This document shows positions 20,601-28,100 of a stretch of DNA of 64,000 nucleotides, piece after piece. Every line of letters starts with the position of its first letter. Position 1 is the first letter of the stretch. Location of the stretch: contig JBKQUS010000141.1 in the NCBI GenBank assembly GCA_052325505.1, forward strand, positions 6,509 through 70,508, given 5' to 3'. The notes beneath the pieces were generated by a model, which saw nothing but the letters and a program-made list of their open reading frames with translations, searched no databases and was not told where the DNA came from. Made by a program: the position numbers and the translations under genes. The DNA comes from Limisphaerales bacterium. GTDB taxonomy: Bacteria; Verrucomicrobiota; Verrucomicrobiia; Limisphaerales; Palsa-1400.

Positions 20601-22566
20601 CAGCGGCTATGCGTCAGCACGAACCAACGATCTTCTGACAGACGGCCTCTCCGCCGGTCAATCCAGTCCGGAATCGCGCAACTTTGATGTTGCCGCCCTT
20701 TATTTTTCATCGCCCGTGGCAGGCGGCGGCTATAGCGGGTATTTGCCTTCAGACGCGACGCCGAATTACTGGCTGACCAGCACGGCCAACAAGATGCTGG
20801 TCGGCTATCCGGTGGATGGCTCCATGTTCCAAGTGCCCGACGTTGTGCCGGGGCAGATGTATGAGATCGGTCCGCAGCCGTATCCGTTGAGCATGGACAC
20901 GGAACAGGTCAATGAGCAACAAGAGGTTTACACAGCGTCGTGGTTTTTGAGTTATCCGGGCAACAGCGGCGGACCGTTCTACGTGGAGTTTAATGGCTGT
21001 TACTATCCAGCCGGCGTGTATTTGGGGACATTGTACAACGGCGCCACCTATGCGTCGGCCGTGCGCGCCATCGACAGCAAGGTGGTGAACCTCATCACCA
21101 ACGCCCAGTACTTTGTGACAACCGGCACAAACAACTCGGGCGGCGGCGTCGTTACTATCACAGCCAATCAGGCCGTCGGGGCAAACAATCCCGGCTATGT
21201 GCAAATACGACTGGGGCCGCCGGCGGCGGTGCAGGCCGGGGCCGGCTGGCGCTTGCAGGGTGATGCCACCTATTCGAGCGCCTCGAATTACACCGAGGAG
21301 GTGTTTACCACCAACGCGCTGGTCGTGCAGTTCGCGCCGGTCAGCGGGTATAGCCTGCCCACCAATCAAACCATCACGGTAGCGCCAGGAACTGTTGTAC
21401 CCCTGACAAACTACTACACCTTGGACGTGTCTTGGAGCGATCCCGCTGCCATCACCTACGGCACACCTCTCGGTGCCAGCCAACTCAATGCCACCGTCCC
21501 AGCGATCACCAATGGCACCTCTGGCCGATACAGCTACAATCCGACGAACGGAACCATCTTGAGAGTGGGCGCTCACACGCTTTCCGTCACGTTCACTCCG
21601 GGCGACACCACTGATTATGGCAGCGCCAGCGCAAGCACCAACGTCAGTCTGGTGGTCTCGCCCGCCACCTTGACCGTGACGGCGTCCAACGCCATTCGGC
21701 TCTATGGCCAGACTAACCCCGTGTTCGGGGGCACAATGACCAACTTGCAGAACGGGGACAACATCACAGCCTGTTACACTTGCAACGCCACCACCAACAC
21801 TGCGCCAGGCACGTATGCCATTGTGCCGAGTCTGGTGGATCCGAACAACCTGGCGACCAACTACACCGTCACCTTGTCCGACGGCATGCTCACCATCATC
21901 CAGCCGGGGCAACTGGTTCAGAACAGCGGTTTTGAGACCGGCGATTTTTCCTTTTGGACCCCGTCCGGCAATGCTGTCAACACCGGGAAAGTTGCCAACA
22001 TAGACATATACGTCAATTCCGCCTTTGTCATCCCTGGCCAACAATATGGGGCGGAATTGGGCCCGGCTGGCTCCCTGGGGTATCTCTCCCAGACGCTGCC
22101 GACCACCGTTGGGCAGTTGTACTTGCTTTCACTCTGGCTGGACAGCCCCGACGGTCTAACCCCCAATGAATTCTCGGTGGCTTGGAACGGAACCACTATT
22201 TTCGACCGGACCAATTTAGGCGCGATCGGCTGGACAAACCTGCAATTTAATGTTGCCGCGACCACGACCAACACCCTCCTGCAAATCGGATTTCGGGACG
22301 ACCCGTCCTACCTCGGACTCGACGATGTCAGCGTTCTTCCGTTGAGGCCGGTCTTGCAAAACATGATCCATACCATCTCGACAATCACATTCACCTGGAG
22401 CGCCCTGCCGGGGTCTAATTATCAAATCCAGACCGCGACGAATTTGACTCAAACCAACTGGACTGCATTAGGCGGCATCATCGACGCAACCAATTATACC
22501 ATAACCATTCCTGAACCCCGCGGCACCAACGCGCAACAGTTTTACCGCGTCGTGCTCTCGCCGTAG
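17632..22566 (+). CDS. Giant secreted mosaic protein: 12 NHL-type blades, PEGA-like beta-sandwiches, embedded trypsin-like (S1) peptidase domain, Ig-like + MBG domain, CBM-like domain, short C-terminal module
   Basis: 1644 aa. The start could be 17632, 17662 or 17680, and the signal peptide is KKKRLVLLVASFSLLSLPAAAQS. There are 12 units of the form G.A.DS.GNVYVADS.N.TIRKITP.G. The S1 triad context is VVLTAAHLVF (His codon 20479), NFDVAALYF and YPGNSGGPFY (Ser codon 20965). The MBG-like segment is YGQTNPVFGGT...TAPGTYAIVPS...NYTVTLSDGMLTI. The protein ends ...NAQQFYRVVLSP. Confidence 0.8.
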   Translation: MESVVKKCLWMNLEATMLLWDLPCRLEAVLKKKRLVLLVASFSLLSLPAAAQSIYSEAYTFTTFAGKALGGSADGAGTDAQFDDPEGVAVDNAGNVYVADSGNCTIRKITSAGEVSTIAGFAWTGGSADGTNSAARFYYPGGVAVDSAGNVYVADSGNCTIRKMTPVGTNWVVSTIAGLADNPGTTDGTNSDARFGAPNGVAVDSAGNLYVGDWNYFTIRKITPVGTNWVVSTIAGSAGNSGTNDGTNSDARFYHPEGVAVDTHGNVYVADSWNYTIRKITPVGSNWVVSTIAGQAGQGHYGSSNGVGTNAQFSFPNGIALDANGNLYVGDYYNSTIRKITPIGTNWVVSTFAGQAGIEGYNDGTGTNAIFNLPNGTAVDTNGNVYVADANNDTIRMITPLEVVSTMAGSGPDSEGSVNGTGSDARFDFPLDVAVDSAGNVYVADSGNNTIRKITSQGVVSTIAGLAGATGTNDGAGSDARFYYPEGVAVDSTGNVYVADSYNATIRKVTSEGLVTTLAGLYAGTNDGAGTNAQFNGPSGVAVDSAGNVYVSDTENYTIRKITPVGSNWVVSTIAGLAGIPGTNDGTNSAARFSYPCDVAVDSAGNVYVSDNGNSLVRKITPVGTNWVVSTIAWLAAASVAVDRAGNVYVANFYGDAIQKIIPVGTNWVVSTIAGAWGVAGSADGAGSAAMFDGPQGVAVDGAGNVYVADTVNNTIRKGVFTPYTAANPVSVIQPANNATLVITLFPPDANGQWRFPWELAWRASGTAATNLVPNQNYTVQFSPVPGYLAIPVQETIFIAGGTNSVTGQYYPTITSVNTSSGGSLEVVFQVNPPSGAGWRLLGDTNAFLPSGFATNLLPGNYLIEFAAISNFTQLPIQTVQISAGLPTVVQEIYQGSQPAPTGFLLPEPVPSGEISDTNYPYGFNGQLETEIGYGSGVAVEGNVVLTAAHLVFNDQTLTYVSMSNVWWYPQEEAPQFVPYPQQAQGTLILSGYASARTNDLLTDGLSAGQSSPESRNFDVAALYFSSPVAGGGYSGYLPSDATPNYWLTSTANKMLVGYPVDGSMFQVPDVVPGQMYEIGPQPYPLSMDTEQVNEQQEVYTASWFLSYPGNSGGPFYVEFNGCYYPAGVYLGTLYNGATYASAVRAIDSKVVNLITNAQYFVTTGTNNSGGGVVTITANQAVGANNPGYVQIRLGPPAAVQAGAGWRLQGDATYSSASNYTEEVFTTNALVVQFAPVSGYSLPTNQTITVAPGTVVPLTNYYTLDVSWSDPAAITYGTPLGASQLNATVPAITNGTSGRYSYNPTNGTILRVGAHTLSVTFTPGDTTDYGSASASTNVSLVVSPATLTVTASNAIRLYGQTNPVFGGTMTNLQNGDNITACYTCNATTNTAPGTYAIVPSLVDPNNLATNYTVTLSDGMLTIIQPGQLVQNSGFETGDFSFWTPSGNAVNTGKVANIDIYVNSAFVIPGQQYGAELGPAGSLGYLSQTLPTTVGQLYLLSLWLDSPDGLTPNEFSVAWNGTTIFDRTNLGAIGWTNLQFNVAATTTNTLLQIGFRDDPSYLGLDDVSVLPLRPVLQNMIHTISTITFTWSALPGSNYQIQTATNLTQTNWTALGGIIDATNYTITIPEPRGTNAQQFYRVVLSP
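17850..19790 (+). repeat. In-frame tandem coding repeats (165-174 bp period) encoding the NHL blades
   Basis: For example, the 50-mer at 17911-17960 and the one at 18076-18125 differ at only a few positions (GGCAA(C/T)GTCTATGTGGCGGACTCGGGGAACTGCAC(A/G)ATTCGGAAGAT(C/G)AC). Confidence 0.85.
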
Positions 22567-22580
22567 GCATATCATCTCCC

Positions 22581-24953
22581 ATGAATGCGCATTTTTCAGC
22601 CCGATCGAGCCAGGTGAAGTCCTGCTGCGGCTCTCCCATGCCTTGGCACCGTTCCACTTCGGCCTTCGACTGGTTTGCCCGCCAACTCAGATTCTTGGCA
22701 GGCCTGAGTGGCCTTCTCGCCCTGTTCGCCTTGTGGGTTGACGCGCAGTTGGCGCCAGCACAAATCCAGGTTTTTGAAGGGACAATCGTTATTACCAATG
22801 GGCAAATGACCCCGGTGAATTTCGGCAGCGTCCAGCAGAACCAGCCAGGGCCAACCATCATCTTCACGGTAACTAATGCTGGGGGCAGAGCATTGGATTT
22901 GAATTCGATAACAGGGCCATCGGGCTATACGATCAACACGAATTATCCACCATATATCCTTGGCGGGAGTAACGGCACGTTCAGTGTGCAGCTTAATTCA
23001 AGCACCATTGGGACCAACTCCGGCAACATCAGCATCCTCAATACCGATCCCAACAATACCACGTTTTCCTTTGCCGTTACGGGAATCGTGACGCCTCTTC
23101 CGCCAGCAATTCAGGTGTTCTATCGGACAAATACCATTACCAATGGCCAGATGACGCCACAGGTGGATTTCGGCAGTGTGCAGCAGAACCAGATCGCGCC
23201 CCCCATTACTTTCACGGTGACAAATTCGGGCGGGCAGACATTGGATTTGGAATCGATAACAGTGCCATCGGGCTATGCACTCGACACGAATTATCCGTTG
23301 ACAATCGCCGCTGGCAGTAATGGAACGTTCAGTGTGCAACTCAATGCGACCGTGGTTGGAACCAATTCTGGCAACATCAGCATTACCAACAATGCCCCCA
23401 ACAACCCGTTTGTCTTTGCGATTACAGGTTTGGTCACCGGCAAGGTCATTTCTTTAAGCGGTGATTTGGCGTTTGGTGTAGTGGCGATCGGTTCAAACAT
23501 GCAGGGCACTCTGACAATCAGCAACGGCGGCAATACGACGCTAAACGTCAGCAACATCATCTACCCGGCTGGATTTAGCGGCAATTGGTCGGGGGGGCCA
23601 ATTACGAATGGCGAATCACAATCTGTAACGGTGACATTGTCGCCCACCGTTGCCACCAACTACGGCGGCAACGTGACAGTTATCTCGGACGCAACCAGCG
23701 GCGCTGACACCATCCCTATTTCAGGTTTTGGGGCAAACGACTCTTTGTTGTTGACAGTTATCACCAACGGCGCTGGCACTGTGTCGCCAAACCGGAATGA
23801 CAAGGTTTTAATCGCGGGCCGGAGATACACCCTGACCGCGACTGCCAAAAGCGGCAATGTGTTTTCGAATTGGACCGGCAGCATCACTACGAACGAAAAT
23901 CCGCTCACTTTCACCATGGAGACCAACACGGTGGTTCAAGCCAATTTTATCACCAATCCGTTTCTGGCCGTTAAAGGTACGTATAACGGACTTTTCAGCA
24001 CGAGCAATGGCGTGACCGAACAAACGGCGGGGATGCTCAAGAGGCTGACCATTGGCCAGAAGGGAACCTACAGCGGGACGCTGTTAATCAATGGCGGAAG
24101 CCAGTCTTTCAGCGGGTCTTTCGATTTAGCCGGCCAAGCCACCAAGACTATTACGCGCGCGTCCGGCCATGGAGGTCCTTTGCTGTTGGAAATGACTTTG
24201 TCAAGTTCGAGCAACTCTGCGCCGCAGGTTACAGGCGCGGTTTCCGGGACCAACGATGAAGTTCCTTGGACGGCCACTAATCTGATGGCCAACCTCGCCA
24301 CCAACACCCTGCCTTCGGCTGAGTACACCATGCTGATGTTGCCGGACACCAATAGTGCGCCGACCATTTCGCCCGGCGGCGATGGCTATGCGTTGATCAC
24401 CAATCATGCGGGCAAAGCCACCATCACCGGGGCATTGGCCGATGGCGCCGCTTTCAGTCAATCGGTGCCCGTTTCCCAGGATGGCTCCGTTCCCATTTAC
24501 GCCAATCTTTACGGGAACAAAGGGCTGCTTCTGGGCTGGATCAATCTGAATCCGAGCAACGTTTCGGGGACTGGTCTGATTTGGGTTCATCCACCCATCC
24601 ATTCGGGCTTGTTCACAGATGCGTTCAACTCCACCAACTCAATCATGCTTTCCCCGTGGACCAATCCCCCGGCGGAAGGCGTCCTGGCAAATCTGACAAA
24701 TCTGTCGATTCTTGACATCATCAACAACACGAACGGTGTGACTGGCATTCCCGTGAACATCAGCACCACGGGCAAAGTGAACGGGTCGGAGGTGAGCGGT
24801 ACCATCAACCTCAAGACAGGATTGTTGAAACTGACCGTCGGCAGCGGGGCGAACAAGACGAACGGCTGCGGCGCGATTTTGCTCAATGAGACCAACGGTG
24901 CTGGTTATTTCCTGACCAAAACCAATGCCGGGGCGGTTATTTTGGGGCCATAG
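22581..24953 (+). CDS. Secreted protein: 2-3 choice-of-anchor-D-like Ig-fold repeats, InlB-B-repeat-like domain, ~330-aa conserved C-terminal region shared with the LRR giant protein
   Basis: 790 aa, starting 14 nt after the preceding stop, with signal-like LAGLSGLLALFALWVDAQLAPA. The unit IQVF.....ITNGQMTP.(V)DFGSVQQNQ..P.I.FTVTN.GG..LDL.SIT.PSGY...TNYP.....GSNGTFSVQLN is duplicated. The C-terminal region aligns by eye with 42571-43941. Confidence 0.7.
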   Translation: MNAHFSARSSQVKSCCGSPMPWHRSTSAFDWFARQLRFLAGLSGLLALFALWVDAQLAPAQIQVFEGTIVITNGQMTPVNFGSVQQNQPGPTIIFTVTNAGGRALDLNSITGPSGYTINTNYPPYILGGSNGTFSVQLNSSTIGTNSGNISILNTDPNNTTFSFAVTGIVTPLPPAIQVFYRTNTITNGQMTPQVDFGSVQQNQIAPPITFTVTNSGGQTLDLESITVPSGYALDTNYPLTIAAGSNGTFSVQLNATVVGTNSGNISITNNAPNNPFVFAITGLVTGKVISLSGDLAFGVVAIGSNMQGTLTISNGGNTTLNVSNIIYPAGFSGNWSGGPITNGESQSVTVTLSPTVATNYGGNVTVISDATSGADTIPISGFGANDSLLLTVITNGAGTVSPNRNDKVLIAGRRYTLTATAKSGNVFSNWTGSITTNENPLTFTMETNTVVQANFITNPFLAVKGTYNGLFSTSNGVTEQTAGMLKRLTIGQKGTYSGTLLINGGSQSFSGSFDLAGQATKTITRASGHGGPLLLEMTLSSSSNSAPQVTGAVSGTNDEVPWTATNLMANLATNTLPSAEYTMLMLPDTNSAPTISPGGDGYALITNHAGKATITGALADGAAFSQSVPVSQDGSVPIYANLYGNKGLLLGWINLNPSNVSGTGLIWVHPPIHSGLFTDAFNSTNSIMLSPWTNPPAEGVLANLTNLSILDIINNTNGVTGIPVNISTTGKVNGSEVSGTINLKTGLLKLTVGSGANKTNGCGAILLNETNGAGYFLTKTNAGAVILGP

Positions 24954-25187
24954 AAGGGGAAAGGCTGATTGAGAAGTGGGGTAAATCGAGTTGGGGCCTC
25001 TCCATTGCTTGTTTGGCGAGGGGCAAGATATGTCGAGTGATTCTTTAAGACAGTTGTTGACAACCGGCCCGCATGAGGTCTGAGTCGTATCAGATATTCG
25101 AGAACAAAGTGACGCGGCTTTTGGGCTGCGTGGCAAGGCCCGTGCATCGTTGAACGGGTGTTGCACGGTGGTTTCAGACACAACCTG

Positions 25188-28100
25188 ATGAACTTTCGAG
25201 GCAATGCGGTGAGGCTCGTATTGCGAGCCGCAATTGTTGGATGGTTTGCCATCTCTGCGGCACGTCTGGCCACACCCCTCAGAGCCTCGGATCAGGTCAC
25301 GAATGAAGCGCGCGTGATTGCGACCCAAGGTGTGGTTGAAGTGTCTCCAGCGGGTGCGCGCACCTGGGTGATGACCCAAACCAATCAGGTTCTTTATGCG
25401 GGGGATCGACTTTGCACCGGGAAAGGCAGCCGGGCGACTTTGCGTCTTTCCAATTTGAGCGTATTGCGCGTCTATGAGTTGACGACGCTGCAGATCCAGC
25501 CGCCGGAAGAACCGAAAAGCCGGGGAATCCTCGATTTGATATCCGGGGCCGCCTATTTTTTCAATCGCGACAAGCCGACGGAAACCCAGTTCCGCACGCC
25601 TTCCGCTTCGGGGGCTATTCGGGGAACGGAATTCAACATTGTGGTGGCCGGCAATGGCCGGATGGAATTGGCGCTGCTGGACGGCCAGATCGATCTGACC
25701 AACAACCAGGGCACTCTCCGGCTGCAAACCGGGGAGAAAGCGGTGGTTGAACCCGGCCAGGCCCCCAAAAAGTCGCCGCTGATTGACGCTGTCAATGTCA
25801 TCCAATGGACGCTTTATTATCCGGCCATATTGGATGCAGACGAGTTGGATTTGAGCGCGGAGATCAAGGAGGCGCTGGGTCCGTCGCTGGAGGCCTATGG
25901 CAGCGGGGATTTGCTGAAAGCCCTGGCGAAGTATCCCGAGGGCCGCGCCGCCGCGTCGGAATCGGAGCGGGTTTATCACGCGGCATTGCTTCTGGCGGCC
26001 GGGCAGGTGGAGGGTGCGCAGCAAATGTTGCAAGAGGCGAACCGCGAGCCGCGCGCGGCCGCGTTGGCCGGGGCCTTGCAGGAAATGATTGCATCGGTCA
26101 AAGGCCAGCCCTGGACGAGGAGCGGGCCGCGCACATTGGCCACCGAATGGATGGCTGGTTCTTATCAGGCACAAGCCCATCACGATCTGGGTGTGGCCCT
26201 GAACATGGCAAAAAGCGCGGCGGCCACATCGCCTGGATTTGGTTTCGCCCAGGAACGGTTGGCGGAAATGGAGTTTAGTTTTGTGCAGACCGAAGCGGCC
26301 CTGGCTGCGCTGAATAAGAGCCTTGCGCTATCGCCGCGCAACGCCCAGGCAGTTGCACTAGACGGGTTCCTGTTAAGCGCGCAAAATCGGATAAGAGACG
26401 CGCTTGCGGCATTTGATCGCGCCATCATTGTGGACGGGGCGCTGGGCAATGCGTGGCTGGGACGGGGGCTCTGCCGCATCAAACTTGGCCAGGATCGATT
26501 GGGGCGCGAAGACTTGCTTATTGCCGCCGCCTTGGAACCACAGCGGGCGTTGCTCCGCAGCTATCTGGGCAAGGCATTCGCCGACAGTGGCGACGATGTC
26601 CGCGCCGACAAGGAATTGATGCTGGCCCGCAAGTTGGACGCAAACGACCCGACGGCCTGGCTCTATCTGGCGCTGTTGGAACAGGAGCAAAACCAGATCA
26701 ATCCGGCGATTTCCGACCTGCAAAACGCCCAAACCAACAATGACAATCGCAGTGTGTTCCGGTCCCGCCTTCTGCTGGATCAAGACCGCGCGGTCGCCAG
26801 CGCCAACCTGGCTTCCGTTTATCGCGACGCCGGCATGACGGATGTCAGCGTGCGCGAGGCGGCGCGCGCGGTGACGGACGATTACGCGAACGACTCAGCC
26901 CACTTGTTCCTGGCTGACAGCTATTACGACTTGCTGGACCCGACGCAATTCAACCTGCGTTACGACACCGCCTGGTTCAACGAATTGCTTCTGGCCAACA
27001 TCCTCGCGCCGGTGGGCGCCGGCCGCCTCTCCCAGCAAGTCTCCCAACAAGATTACTCCAAACTTTTCGAGGCAGACGGCTTGGGTCTCGCCGCCTCTAG
27101 CGACGCGCGGACCGACGGGATGTACCATGAGACAGCCTCCCAATTTGGCACATTTGGGAACACCTCCTATGGTCTTGATTTGAACGATTACCACAACACG
27201 GGCTTCCGCATCAATAACGGTCTCGATAATCTCAATTTGGACGCCACGATCAAACAGCAGATTACTCCCCAGGACACGGCGATAGTGTTGGTCCAGTATG
27301 AGAATTATCATTCGGGCGACAACTTCCAGTATTACTATCAGACCAACGCGCGGCCCGATTACAAATTCAACGAGGAACAGCAGCCTGAGTTGGTCGGCAC
27401 ATGGCATCATGAGTGGGGCCCCGGCATGCACACCTTGCTGCTGGTTGGCAGGCTGATGGACAATCAGTCGTTCAATGATCAAGCGTCGCCGCAACTGCTT
27501 TTCGCTGAAAGCCCATCGGGCGCCATCTATGGGGAGAGTGCGGTGCCTTTCAACGTGGGCTATCAAGAAGAGTTCAAGATCTATTCCGCCGAACTGGAGC
27601 AAATCTGTCAATGGGAGCGTGTTACTTTGCTGGCGGGTGGCCGCTACCAATCCGGCGAGTTCCACACTCAAGACCAGTTCAGCAATCCGTCAGCCCCTCC
27701 CGTTTTGTTCACCCCATCCGGCGCCTACAGCGCCAACACGACCGGTCTCTTCCAGCGCGAGACCGCTTACACTTATCTCACGGTCGAGCCGCTGGACCAT
27801 CTCTGGCTCACGGGGGGCGTGGCGGCTGACGACGAAACATTTCCGTATTATTTTCGCAACCCACCCGTCACTTCAGGGGAAGACACAAGAACACAAGTTG
27901 GCCCCAAGGCGGCCCTGGTCTGGAGTCCCATTCCAGAAGCTACCCTGCGCGGTATTTATACCCGCTCCCTTGGTGGCGTGAGTCTTGACGAAAGCTACCG
28001 CCTGGAACCCACTGAACTGGCTGGTTTTCCACAAGCCTTCCGCAGCCTGATATCCGAGTCGATCGTTGGCTCGCAATCGGCGCCCACGTTTGAAACCTTG

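Noticed and set aside
20749-22044. 431-aa minus-strand ORF. The same applies to 17590..18531, 15501..16412, 13042..13641, 3043..4215 and the many 60-200-aa ORFs nested in the large genes.
   Set aside because: All lie antisense or out of frame inside genes with strong family motifs. None has a motif of its own.
24639-26183. 514-aa minus-strand ORF
   Set aside because: It is antisense to two well-supported plus-strand genes and bridges their intergenic gap. Its composition is Arg/Gly/Pro/Ala-rich and low in complexity, with no recognisable motif. This is a typical high-GC shadow ORF.
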